A DNA stretch of 63,943 nt, filler included, from Parasitella parasitica NRRL 2501 (GCA_025201805.1; 9 parts of 9 records of this genome joined end to end with filler, not necessarily neighbours in it), one strand, 5' to 3'. Positions 42,473 through 55,300 are shown, counted from the whole stretch's first letter. Translations and numbers: made by a program. Notes: generated from the letters alone by a model not told the origin.

Positions 42473-43350
42473 TTTTCTTTCTTTTTCAGTTGCTTTTAGA
42501 ATTGAAAGAGAAGGAAAGTAAGCTCTTTGAACGACGCGTAATGGAGTTGTTGCATTGTTTTTCACGTCACAGGCTGCTCCAAATGCATGATTATTGCTTT
42601 AGACTTGCATAGCATTCGAAATTCATCTTGGTCTTGATTAGTTTCATCATGATAATCCCTTTTACTCAGGATGTAAATAATAACAAAAGGAATAATGTAC
42701 ACCATAGTTAAATTTTGCTTCTTTACACTTCATCTTAGTACTGCAATTACTACTATATCTCATCGTATTCAGAATTTATGTATATCAAATTAGCCATCTA
42801 ATAAAACGCATAAATTAACTCCCTATAAATAACTTCAGGCGTCTGTTCCGCAAATAGCTATGGACATCTGAACATTTTGTAAGTAATCGATTGATGTTTC
42901 CTTAAAAAATACGAAATCACTGGTGGAATATTTTCTTTAGCAAACAAAGCATCCGATATTTCTTCCATGAGTTTACTTATTTCTCCTGGTAAAACATGGA
43001 TTATACAATAGTGAGCAATAAATTCATCTCAGCTGTATGTTGCTATTCGATTTTCATTCTTTATTGCAAAAAAGTATGAAGCCTCTCCGATAATATGCAC
43101 ATAATCGTTTTATGCTAGGAAATAAATTCTGCGTCGAGCCATGTAAGTTGCATTGATTTAAGTTTTCATAATATCAATTATAGCAATCTGATCTATCAGA
43201 ATGAGAAATTATTCAAATAAAACGGTTGTAAATCAATCAGGTGAAGATCTCGCTTATTACATGGAAAATATGATGGTTTATATACTACATTGAGAGATGT
43301 ATTTTGAATAAAAGGGTAATTCTTTGGCAAACTTATTTTGACATAACACC

Positions 43351-43575
43351 CAGATCGGCCCACATGGACCGACTCTTTATTAATACTTTATATCGCTCGA
43401 CAAAATAAATTTAAGTAATCAAGATTTTAATTATACATGGAGAAGGCATTTGTGCTTCCAAGTTCTTTGTTTTGTTCAAAAGTGAAAAATGCAGTTATCA
43501 GAAATTGTTTTCCTGAAGGCAGTTTTGCTGAAATTTAAGCGGCCCATTTGGGCCGACTTTTCAACTAACCCTAGT
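43351..43575. repeat. Transposon-end-like segment with GC palindromes (hAT TIR or Helitron 3' end)
   Basis: CGGCCCATTTGGGCCG hairpin at ~43540, followed 15 nt later by CTAG|T. The minus strand reads TAGGGTTAGTTGAAAAG. Related palindromes lie at ~43355 and ~45039. Confidence 0.3.
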
Positions 43576-44456
43576 TGATGCTGTTTTGAACAATCTATGA
43601 AAAAAAAAAACAATTATGGAGACGTGCTCAAACCTCTATTAGTTAATATCTCAGACGTGTTGGCGAGACCAAACTGCTCGCAAATGTGTGCTATGGCAAG
43701 GTTTACACATGAATTTACCTGGGCTACGGCTGCACAATCTTTCGACTCTTTTACCACTTATATCAAAATCATTATATCGTCTACCAAACTAATTTAATGC
43801 GTTTATGGTTATTAATGCTCATCAACAACAAATACTAATAATTTTTATTATTTCCCAATAACTGCTAATTATCAGAATTATTTTCTAGAGCAGGGTCGAA
43901 ATTCAACGCCTCACAATACTTAAAAAAATGCCCAAGCTAAAATACTTTAAAGTTGGTATGAGCGATATTCTCACTTTCAATAAAAACTGATAAGCACCGA
44001 ATGTATTTTCTTCGCAAATGCTTAGGAAAAATCTAAAAAGGCTTATTTTTTTTTATCTTACAGTGGAAATGACATTGTGGTAAGAGACCTTATTGCCTCG
44101 GAAGTCAGTTATTGGTAGTATCAATGCAACCATTTGAATTACATATATTCGCTGAAACTGATGCTCATCATAAAATGATAGACACTTGTCTCTAGAATGT
44201 CTTGCTGCCTGGCTGAATGATTAATATTATAATGTTCATAAGTGCTAGCCATATCCAATATTCATCATCAAAAGAGATATCAGCCCAACTTCCATTAACA
44301 TCTCTTACGCTAGCATTGACAATAGCAATGATTTTGATGAAAATGCTCGAAGGGCTGAAATTACAATAAATAATTCAATCGTGATGCATTTTTTTAAAAA
44401 TACATGGCTAGTCTTGATCTTATATTTGTAATTGGCTATCATAGCAGAGTCGGCCA

Positions 44457-45014
44457 TCAACGAACACCTCTCCTCCTACTCCACCCTTTGCTGGTAATCA
44501 AATCGTTCTCCGTGTCTTTATCCGAATTAGACTTCATAGCACTACCTAAGAGCTCCTCGGCCCCTTCTCTAGCAGAAATATCTTCAGTGGGCCCTTTGTT
44601 ATTAGTAACTGATGTTTCTAAAGGAGCAAAATACTTCAAGTAACCATCTTTATATGATGAGACAATAGCAGGAACCTCATTTAAGGTAACATCATGCATC
44701 ATAAAGTTATCGACTGGTGAGCGAGTAATAGTTCTATTCCTGAAGCACAAACCTGGTGTATTTATATCGTATTTATCACGACGAATATTTTCCATACCTA
44801 CATTCTTTATAAAACTCTTATTTCTAGATACAACTGCGTTTATATCTACATAAGTGCTTGAGTGAGGCAAGACTTGCAGTTTTTCTTGTTTAAAATTCGA
44901 AAAATTTAAAGATAAATACGAAGGCAATGAAAGCAATGAGAACAATTTTGATTTCAACGAAAAACATTCGAATCGGTTCTGAACTTCTTTAGGAACACAC
45001 AAGTTTTTGGTCAT
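44457..45014 (-). CDS. Orphan intronless 185-aa ORF of unknown origin
   Basis: Open 558-nt frame with protein-like composition inside otherwise stop-rich AT DNA; no recognised motif. Confidence 0.3.
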   Translation of the reverse strand: MTKNLCVPKEVQNRFECFSLKSKLFSLLSLPSYLSLNFSNFKQEKLQVLPHSSTYVDINAVVSRNKSFIKNVGMENIRRDKYDINTPGLCFRNRTITRSPVDNFMMHDVTLNEVPAIVSSYKDGYLKYFAPLETSVTNNKGPTEDISAREGAEELLGSAMKSNSDKDTENDLITSKGWSRRRGVR

Positions 45015-45069
45015 TCATTCAAAAACCTTTACTTATAATCGGTCCAAATGGGCCTATTCAGCCCATTTT

Positions 45070-45516
45070 GGCCAATCTAATCTCTACTTCAGAATAAGAG
45101 AAAAGTGGGAAATTAGAGAAGAGAGATTGCTAGGAGAATGTGATGAGGAGATCTGACGAAGAAAAACTTTTCTTGTTGGTCAAAATGGTCTCTATTTATA
45201 CTTTTTTGGGGGCTATCTAGTTTACTGAAATGTGAACGAGAACATATCAAATAACGTGGATCAATTAGGTGATAATGGTAGTAGTATGGAGTATGGAGTA
45301 TGGAGAGTTGATGATAAATAATTGGTTTGCCTTATTGAGCTTGACAGATTTACGACTGATCTGCCATAATGTAGGTTAGGAGATCATGATAGTGTACTTC
45401 AATTAAAGATTGGAGATTGTCCAATGATGTGTTGTTATACTTGTCGAAACATGAGAATAAAGTCTTTGTTTCAAATCAGGAAGGTTATCTGTGACACAGA
45501 TCTGTATGATTGACAA
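45070..45516 (-). mobile_element. Putative solo LTR-like sequence
   Basis: Minus-strand TATA box AGTATAAATAGAGA (~45191-45203), the same word as at ~57386-57398; bounded by TTGACA at ~45516. Confidence 0.3.
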
Positions 45517-45720
45517 ACAATAAGGTACTGTCAGATCAAAGATCAATAACCTTGTAGTATAATAATATATCGTACCCTGTTAAGGATATGATGTTGCTTG
45601 CAAATTATTCTTATCGATTANNNNNNNNNNNNNNNNNNNNNNNNNNNNNNNNNNNNNNNNNNNNTTAATTAATTAANNNNNNNNNNNNNNNNNNNNNNNN
45701 NNNNNNNNNNNNNNNNNNNN

Positions 45721-46800
45721 TGAGACCCTGGATAGATTGCATAACGCTGTATGCTACACCAAGCTCGATATGATTGGAGCATATAATTTGGTCCGGATAG
45801 CGCCCGGGGAAGAATTTAAGACGGCCTGGCGATGCCGGTACGGAAGTTTCCATTATAAAGTGATGCCTTTCGGTTTAAATTCCGCTCCAGCTACCTTTCA
45901 AGCATTTGTTAATGATATAATGCGTGATTTCCTTGACGTATTCTTGGTCGTGTACTTGGATGATTATTTAATTTACTCTCAATCACCAGAAGAACACACA
46001 AAGCATGTCAAAATGGTGTTGCAAAGGTTACGAGAAACAAACTTATCTCTCAAACTAGAAAAATGTGAGTTCGATGTTACTAAAGTTCAATTTCTGGGTT
46101 TCCAAATCACACCACAAGGCATTTCTATGGACCCTGAAAAGATTAAAGCCATCTCAGAATGGGCTGCCCCAAAGAACGTCCACGAATTACAAGTTTTTCT
46201 CGGTTTTGCAAACTTTTACCGACGTTTTATTAAAGATTACTCCAAACTATGTACTCCTCTTACGTCCTTATTGAAAAAGAATACCATCTTTTCCTGGACA
46301 GACGACACCGAGCGTACTTTCAACGACATAAAAAGACGCATTACAAGCGATCCAATTCTTCGACATTACAATCCTGATCTTCCTTGCATTATTGAAACTG
46401 ATGCATCAGACTTTGCTTTAGGCGCTGTGTGTAGCCAACTCGATGCTGATGGCATTGCTCATCCAATTGCCTTCCATTCTCGAAAATTACTCCCTGCAGA
46501 AATCAATTATCAGATATACGATAAAGAATTACTCGCCATCGTCGATGCATTCAAGCACTGGCGACAATATCTAGAGTTTTCCACTGAACCTACCAAAGTC
46601 ATCACCGATCATAAAAACCTAGAATACTTCAATACGACTCGTAACCTTACCCGACGCCAAGTTCGATGGTCCGAAATCCTTGGCGACTATAACTTTCAAA
46701 TTGTGTATCGGCCTGGCAAACAAAATGCTGCTGCTGATGCTCTATCTCGGAAAGATAGGCCACTTGAGGGGGGAGGTGACGGCCGTAAAGGCACAACGCC
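45721..46800 (+). mobile_element. Ty3/gypsy (Tf2/chromovirus-like) pol fragment: RT and RNase H, open frame filling the whole contig
   Basis: TKLDMIGAYNLVRI, VMPFGLNSAPATFQ, YLDD, FLGFANFYRRFI, ETDASDFALG, YDKELLAIV, TDHKNL, ADALSR. Confidence 0.95.
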
Positions 46801-46944
46801 NNNNNNNNNNNNNNNNNNNNNNNNNNNNNNNNNNNNNNNNNNNNTTAATTAATTAANNNNNNNNNNNNNNNNNNNNNNNNNNNNNNNNNNNNNNNNNNNN
46901 TTTTTTTTATTTCGTAAATCTTTCAAATTTACTGCAGTAATAAA

Positions 46945-47419
46945 CTATAGTAGCTATTACAGATATTTTCACCAGCGTTCCAATATCTGGTAAAGGTTGA
47001 ACCTATTTATAATAATTGGATGTTTCATGTGAAATGAGACATCATATAATGTGAATCATTACATTACTCCCTCCTTAAGCGCGAGTACGGTTTGTTAGGG
47101 AAATTATTGTGGAATTTTTGAATGGGGAGTGTAGCGTTCTGGATCTCGTACCACAGCGTCGGGCAACACTATTATTAATATGTTGTCTGTAGGCTATTGT
47201 TACAATGTGTCTGTCGATAATTTACTTTATTTTTGATTTATTAGAGATGATTCTTTGCTTGCCATTCGCGGATCCGTCAATATTTCTGGTGTCACTGATA
47301 TGATGGCCAATGTTTTTAACTTGGCGTCAAAAACAATTCTCTCCGACGTTCCATATTTTTGTTCTGCATTTGTTGTTAAAACTTCTTCTGGAGTTAGATA
47401 TATGTCAGATCCTATTAAA
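46945..47419 (+). pseudogene. Endogenous viral element: decayed virga-like (Martellivirales) RdRp fragment
   Basis: One frame from 47135 reads RSGSRTTASGNTIINM (motif B), F*FIRDDSLL (motif C, G>R, TGA at 47234), VFNLASK (D) and PYFCSAF..SDPIK (E). Upstream traces *TIVA and IFSPAFQYL are less certain. Confidence 0.8.
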
Positions 47420-47567
47420 CATTCCCGGATACGCTCTGGCCTTCCATGCCCCAGACCGCATCCCCTAACTTTTTCACACCATTCACTTCCGCCCTATTTA
47501 CAACTTTAAACCCGAACCGAAACGAAACGACCCGTAATTAACTTGCTCGAATTCGAATCATTCAAAA

Positions 47568-49165
47568 ATGACAGACTTAAATTTGTCAGAACCCACGTAT
47601 GCCTCAACTAGAGGAGACGGACCTTCTGCCGCTGAAACGTACATGAGAAGTATGAAGACCCCTGGTTCATCATTATTCGACTCCTTTAATGCTCAACTTT
47701 CTTTGAGGTTACAAGCTGATGAAGAAACTTTAGTCCAACTTTCAAGCAAAAAACTGATAATTCAGAATTGTTTGACTTCCGAGGAGATATTTTTGCTAAA
47801 GAAATTGTTTCCTACCTTGCGTTTCGATTTTTCGTTCATAACATCGACTCGAACTAATTATTTCGACGCTGTATCACGTTGCACTGTTGAAATGATGATT
47901 AAAACCACCCAAGCCAACAAAGGGGCGTTGGTTCACCACGGAGGTGATTTTTTACAACACGCTATGGATGGAAGACATTACATTCACAGTTGTCGCCCCA
48001 CCACTAGTAACATCGACTACAGAAACACTGTAGAATTGTGCAGAGTGGCCAACCGATTGTCCAACCTGACTGACAAATCTGCGTTACCTAGATTTCCCAA
48101 ATTGGAATCGCTCATTAAACAACCCAATGATTGGTATTGCCACGGAAACGTCAATCGGTGTGAAGTGGAATGCACTAATCTAATAGTCGAGTTGTATAAG
48201 CAGTTCCTTTCTCCCCCGGAACTTTGTGATTTGATGGATAGAAAAAACTGCGACAGATCTTTCTTTTCTATTATTTTTGACCCGTCTATGTTGCACAGTG
48301 ACACAGGTTTCATACCCACGCTTAAAATTAGGTTTGTTGTGGATAGATCTACCGACTCTTTGACCTTACTTTTGGATGGTGACGCTTCCCGTAGACAACA
48401 CTTTCCATTGAGTGCGTATATTCGGTTCGCTTTGGGTTCTCATTTCGTTTCTGGAAACTCCGTGTTCCTTAATGAAATTATAGAAACCAATCATGCTGGT
48501 TTCCTTATTGGAAAAATTGTACGCACTGGAGATGTTGTCACGTCTCTCGATGATATCACGAGGCACCCCATTTGGGATTCCTCCCTGCGTGGTCGTTGTC
48601 TTGTCAAGACCTATGAATTAAAATCTATATCATCCAACCCCGACTCTTTCTCTTCTTATGTCCAACGAGTTTTTCCCGTACCAGTTGCTATGTATCGCAC
48701 AGCTATGGAATATGCTGGTAGTTTCCAAAAAGACGATTCTACGTCTTCTAAACTCACTTGGGATGCAGTTTACAGTCATTTGTTATCACAAAATGACAAG
48801 TTAATTGAGAATGGCACGTTGAGAATCGATGGTTACCGCCTCCTTGTTGATGACTTGGTATCTTTGACCACCGTGGTTTTCATTAAAACCTTCATCAACA
48901 TTCATGAATCCAGGGTAACCTCTAAACTTATTTTAGATGAGTTGCGAGAAGTTGCTAGAAGTTCTAAACGTTCTTGGACCATTGTCTTGGCACTCTTCCA
49001 TTCGTATTATCAATTCAATGATTTTTTCCAGGACCAAAAAGACGCCAAACTTCTTCGTGACGTTATATCTTTCACATTAGGTTCTGACAATGCTATAGAA
49101 CCTCACGTGCTCGATATTAACGGTGTCACTAGTTGGGCAAAGAACAAGCTGGAATCTGGAAAGAT
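47568..49165 (+). CDS. Endogenous viral element: alphavirus-supergroup (virga-like) methyltransferase/guanylyltransferase-fold protein, catalytically degenerate, cut by the contig end
   Basis: 532 uninterrupted codons colinear with the tobamovirus-type capping domain: LTSEEIFLLKKLFP, HGGDFLQH..GRHYIHSCRP, C..C, ELCDLMDRKN, VFLNEI, IW, LTWDAVYSHL..IENG. No introns. Confidence 0.8.
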
Positions 49166-49619
49166 NNNNNNNNNNNNNNNNNNNNNNNNNNNNNNNNNNN
49201 NNNNNNNNNTTAATTAATTAANNNNNNNNNNNNNNNNNNNNNNNNNNNNNNNNNNNNNNNNNNNNGATACAATCATATAATATATTTGCAGTAAATCAGC
49301 AAGCGTAGTACTTGTAGGAATTGATATAGTGCAGATGTAGCAGTGCGTATACATCACTTCATGGGAAAGTAGTAACGATTGTGGTTCATAAGGAGCACAA
49401 AGGTGTACAATGTTGAATGTTAATGGTGATATTTGTCATGTTCAATGTTGTTCTCAAGGACACGGTTCTTAATAAAGAAATGTTTTACTAATTCAAATAA
49501 GATGTGTGAAAGACTGTCAGTAGTTCACATCATCATGTACTACAGACTTGTACAATATGTGCAATGCTATAGATATGCTTATGACATGCTATAGACGTGC
49601 TACATATACCGATATATGT

Positions 49620-52289
49620 ATGGCCTCCTGGATGTTCTCGGTAAACATAAATGTGCTCAAATGGGAACATTATTAGGGTCATAGGAGCATTTATGTGCTT
49701 GTGAGGACATAAATGATTTTGCCCCAGAATGTGCGTTTATAAAAAAAAAGTCGAGATAGCTCATTTTTAATTATATAATATTATTTCTGAGATATTTCGG
49801 TTTTTTTTGTGCTTGTAGTAACATTTGCTACCAAAGATTCGTTAAGATATTGCATTCCAAAGATCGCATCTGTTTTGAGTAAAAGTTTATTTATGCTCTC
49901 ACAATCATACAAATGTTCATTTGAGAGCAAAAAAGTGACGAAGAAGTACCTAGTGTTAACCAAATTGTTGTTCAAGATGTGGAAGAAGACGCTGGTGGTA
50001 ATAATGCTAGCACCAGTAGCAATATACTTGAATAAAGTATATATTTTGTTTGTACATGTTTGCTTTCAAATGTTGAGATGACCTCTTGTAGCGGTGTTTT
50101 TCATTGGCTTCTTTCTGCATGCTTAGCCCAAAACATTGCATATTGTGATGACCAAATGCATATTTTATCTTCTTTGTTAGCTTCTCCTTGATCTTTTTCT
50201 TTTGTTTTCACTAACTTTACAACTTTATGAACTGGTATTTCAACTTAAAAAACATACAACGTTAGCACATTTGCGCCAAATATAAGTACATTATACAGAG
50301 TAATAACATCTTCACGTAGCTGTAATTTTATTATAAGAAATTGTAGCTTCTCTTTTATCAAGTAACAGCTTGGTATAAAGAAATGATACGCAACATATTT
50401 TGTGTATTGCTATTATCATGGTATGTATTCGAGTTTATTCTAACAAACTATTAATCCTTTTGTCAATAATATATAGAAGCTCTGCTCAGTTCAATCTTTC
50501 ATATGAGAGCATGGTATTGCTATATGCATTAAATTGTTTGTAGCAACTAAATGACTGACTTCTTTTACTGCTGAATATAGGCAATAGCTAAAGATAATAC
50601 TTTATATGAATCGCTTTTTTGCATTATGTCGTTTGGGTGTCAATGTCAAGGTAGTACTGAATACTTTTTGGCTTACTTCTTTTGCTTTATTAATATACAC
50701 TAAAACTAGATCTCTTCTATTTTTTAGACATGCTACGGGTATAATTGTGTGCCCAGTATCTGAACAAATACGATAATATGAGAGGTCTGCTGTTCATTTT
50801 TGCCCTGGATTTTAAGCTAAACCTTTTGCTACATTTTTTCAAGATGCTGCCTCCTTGCTTCCTTTTTTGAGTAATATATTATGCAATAAAATTGGGATCA
50901 ATTTTATGTGAAAATANNNNNNNNNNNNNNNNNNNNNNNNNNNNNNNNNNNNNNNNNNNNNNNNNNNNNNNNNNNNNNNNNNNNNNNNNNNNNNNNNNNN
51001 NNNNNNNNNNNNNNNNNNNNNNNNNNNNNNNNNNNNNNNNNNNNNNNNNNNNNNNNNNNNNNNNNNNNNNNNNNNNNNNNNNNNNNNNNNNNNNNNNNNN
51101 NNNNNNNNNNNNNNNNNNNNNNNNNNNNNNNNNNNNNNNNNNNNNNNNNNNNNNNNNNNNNNNNNNNNNNNNNNNNNNNNNNNNNNNNNNNNNNNNNNNN
51201 NNNNNNNNNNNNNNNNNNNNNNNNNNNNNNNNNNNNNNNNNNNNNNNNNNNNNNNNNNNNNNNNNNNNNNNNNNNNNNNNNNNNNNNNNNNNNNNNNNNN
51301 NNNNNNNNNNNNNNNNNNNNNNNNNNNNNNNNNNNNNNNNNNNNNNNNNNNNNNNNNNNNNNNNNNNNNNNNNNNNNNNNNNNNNNNNNNNNNNNNNNNN
51401 NNNNNNNNNNNNNNNNNNNNNNNNNNNNNNNNNNNNNNNNNNNNNNNNNNNNNNNNNNNNNNNNNNNNNNNNNNNNNNNNNNNNNNNNNNNNNNNNNNNN
51501 NNNNNNNNNNNNNNNNNNNNNNNNNNNNNNNNNNNNNNNNNNNNNNNNNNNNNNNNNNNNNNNNNNNNNNNNNNNNNNNNNNNNNNNNNNNNNNNNNNNN
51601 NNNNNNNNNNNNNNNNNNNNNNNNNNNNNNNNNNNNNNNNNNNNNNNNNNNNNNNNNNNNNNNNNNNNNNNNNNNNNNNNNNNNNNNNNNNNNNNNNNNN
51701 NNNNNNNNNNNNNNNNNNNNNNNNNNNNNNNNNNNNNNNNNNNNNNNNNNNNNNNNNNNNNNNNNNNNNNNNNNNNNNNNNNNNNNNNNNNNNNNNNNNN
51801 NNNNNNNNNNNNNNNNNNNNNNNNNNNNNNNNNNNNNNNNNNNNNNNNNNNNNNNNNNNNNNNNNNNNNNNNNNNGTCAACCAAAGGCTACATAATCAAG
51901 AGAATATTGTATATAACGATATGAAAAAAAAGCAATAATAAATTACTGGTCCATACTACAAAAATTGAGAAATAAACAAAACCTACAGCTACATTTTTAT
52001 ACGCAAATTTTACTTTTTTGAGCACATTTTTTTTAGAGTGTACGGGCACATTTTCGCTTCATGAGCACATTTTTTCAAGCCTTTTGAGCGTAATTTGAAG
52101 CCTATGAAACTAGTAATTTATGTGCTCATTTGAGCATAAAAATGTGATCATAAGATGTTTCAATTTTTGTTCTCGCATGAGCACATTTATCGCCTTAACC
52201 TAGCTCGATAAGCACTTTTTTTGGATCTAAAAAATGTTCCCGTTCATGCACATCAATATTCTCATGAAAACATCGGCGAGGCCATAGTG
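49620..52289. mobile_element. Non-autonomous or gapped CACTA element (spans an N gap)
   Basis: The right end reads CACTATGGCCTCGCCGATGTTTTC on the minus strand. The left end TATGGCCTCCTGGATGTTCTC lacks the first bases. Many GAGCACATTT/AAATGTGCTC subterminal repeats occur at both ends. Confidence 0.55.
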
Positions 52290-52357
52290 GATAGAATAGC
52301 AAATAATTATATATGACAGAATTTTAAACGTAAGAAAGTTCGATTTATTTCAAATAT

Positions 52358-55300
52358 CACACCCAAAGATTTTTTTATCGTTTTTGGTAATATTTTAAAA
52401 CATTTTGCTTTTTAGAGGCGCTAATTGGCTGAAATAAAGTTTATACTAAAAAATGCGTTATTAAAAGTCGAGATTACAAAAAAAATCCATTACTTTGTGT
52501 AATAAAAAAAAATTAAAAGATTTTATTGGCTTCTGATGCAATTAGTAAAACTGGAAGGGGGAGAATGGGAGAGGTTTGGGGGAGATTTGGGGGAGGTTTG
52601 GGGGTTCAATAACCACCAGATGAATGCAATTGGCTGGCAGCAGAAAACAAAAAAATGTTGTGTATCCTACTTTTTTAAGAGCTTGACGTTGTTGGGGGAG
52701 AGGTGAGCAATGCTGGACCATATATGGCAGGATAAAAATGCTTAAGCATCAAGAACAAAGTACCAAACTTGTGTACGTTGAGTAATCTTCCTTTGTAAAT
52801 CAAGTTTGTCTCCATTTCCATGTCTAAATTTTGAATAGTGATAAAGGACGTGTAGTCCCAAATGTGTTCATCGCCAATTGGTTGCATTATGATGTTGCCA
52901 TTTAAGTTTGTCAGTACGTTTGGTGAAAAAAGAGAGTGATTCCTTTCATTACTGAATGGATAAGACGTACGTTGATCGTACATAATGTAGTTGTAACATT
53001 GTATGTACTTGGCTATTTCACCATTTTTTCTTTCCACTTTAGTTATATAACCGAAAAAGAGTTCTTGATTACATTTGGTTTTATAAACCACAAAGCTGTC
53101 CTGTACTGTCGATGGTGTTCTATAATCATTATTATCACTATTTTCTCGGCTATCCAGCAACTCTTCAATCTTTGATTGCCACTTCATTATTGATGAGCCA
53201 ACACGGGATCGTGACGCTCAGATCCGTCATTCTTTGTAACTGTGAATGAACCACCATTAACAAGATGTCGCACGACGAATTGCTTTGCCAATTTCAGAGC
53301 TACATCTTTTGAAGGATTGTGTCGGTTTGTCAACAAAATAGCTTCTCTGATAAACTTGTTGTATTGTTCTCCATGCTCGGTTTCATAGTGAACAGGCATC
53401 GCAAAACGACGGATATCATCCTCCAGATGAAACAGGAAATGAACCTTCGGCTGAATCGAGAACAAGGGCGGTTCTTTGAGTTGTATCTTAATACAGTGGT
53501 TGTCAAGATCAAGAAGAAGGGCGCTTAGATTAGATGTGCAATCTCTGATCAAATTAATCAATTGCTCTACGTTAGTTTGCTTGACACCACGCATGTACAA
53601 CAACGAAGCAAGGTGACCAACTACTTCGAGACAACAAGTGGTTTTGCCTAGCAAATCATTTTCGCTCGTGGAGAAAGTATCCCTTAACACAGCTGGAAGA
53701 ACTTGCATTAGCACTTTGAAATCCCTTCCAATAAAAGATCCACAATGAACCAACAGAGCTCGAAAGTTGCGGGTGTAGGCTTTTGAGGAGCGAATTTTGC
53801 CTAGACCATCTTGTAACGATTTGCATTGCTGGGGCTTAAGCACTCTCTTGCAAAGAAAAGTGATGAGAAATTTGCCAATTCCAAGAGTCAATGTGTGTAG
53901 CAATTCAATAGGCGTATCCAGAGTAGGATCATAGGATTTAAGCCGTAATAAAGTCTCGCTACCATTTTTGCTGTAACTTAGGCTGTCATATCTGTCAAAT
54001 TCAGCTTTGGATATGTTAGGGTCTGCAAAATGATGTAGATCTTCTAGTGTTCTACGCATAGGCTCCCAATGATTAATAGGCTGCAAAAGCTGTAAAGTCC
54101 TGTTGTTGAACTTTTCACGGCTAGCAGCAGTGGCATTAGCTCGTAACTTTGGATTGGGATTTTTTGTCGACTTCAATAGGCATTTCCTGCAGTTATGTGT
54201 GGCTCCACTACCCTTATTCATCGAAAGCTGGGATTGACGGTAGTTATCACCTTGTATGAACAACAAGGGAGCAATCATCAGCACGTAATCTTGATAGATT
54301 TCTGAGTAAACCTCTATGCCATTTTCCAGCATTTGCAAGTCATCGACAATAGCGGGAAGCATGTCGACTGCCGACAGCTTTTTGTTTGCTGTGCACAAAA
54401 AGTACGTATTGTTCCTGGAGCCTCTGCTGTTGTGAAAAGACATTGCGGCTGGAGTCATCGTATAACTATCAAAGAGGTTGAACTGTTTTGATAAGTTTCC
54501 AGAAGTATCGTCCGAGAATAGCGTAATTGGCACCACCACAGTTTTCATAAAGTCGCCATTTGCCCTTGGTCTTTTAAATGCAGCACAATGATGGCGATCT
54601 TCCCAAAGTTTTCGCTGGTTGTCTTCAAAATCTCCCATATCATAAACTTGATAGTTTTCTTTTGAAAATCTATACTGAGTCGAACTATTATATGAATGGT
54701 GTATTTTTGGGAGAGAGCCCATGAAAGACAAAGCAGGCATATCAAATGGTTTCAACGAAATAGCGAAATTAGTCCTGTCGTTGTTGACAGGAATCACCTC
54801 ATAGCCTTTGATGAACATAACTTTGACGTCTTCTGCATTTTTTCGAGTAAAGAACTGTTCGATCAAAAATTGAATGATAGGAACCCCGTTTGACATAAAT
54901 ACGAGATCTCCAACCCAGATGTCGTTGTTACCGTGGATCGTAATCATTGGGTTTTGAAAGAGAGGGTGTGTCTGCCATTTGCTGCCTTGTTGAAGACATG
55001 TTAGCTCATTTCCAGTAAAGTCTGGGAAAGAACTAAGCTGAACACTCTTGACAGGGTCAGCCATAAGATGCTTAAGATATTCAGATGGCTTATTGAGCCA
55101 GAAACTATGTTCCTCGTCCTTGGCATTTGTTGCCTTGTGTTCCGTTGTCTTGAAGGTTGGGATTTTGTTAGATTTTCTATTCTGATAGTTTAAAATAAGA
55201 TCAGTTGCAGGGATTTCCAGTGATGGGTCTTGTGTTTTCAGTTCAAACAAAATCTTGATTAAAACCATTACAAGCTTAATACGCTCTTTTGAGAGATTAA

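Noticed and set aside
43565-43575. TAACCC telomere-like word
   Set aside because: Single copy, no tandem array.
47255-47509. 84-aa ORF as a standalone small gene
   Set aside because: It is the RdRp relic reading into UTR-like sequence and starts at TTG.
45721-49165. Gypsy RT directly beside the viral EVE as evidence of retrotransposon-mediated capture
   Set aside because: The two are separate contigs joined by a linker; physical adjacency is unproven.
53185-53192. TAATG stop-start overlap suggesting coupled translation of two ORFs
   Set aside because: More simply one missing A (CAA ATA ATG) in a single transposase ORF.
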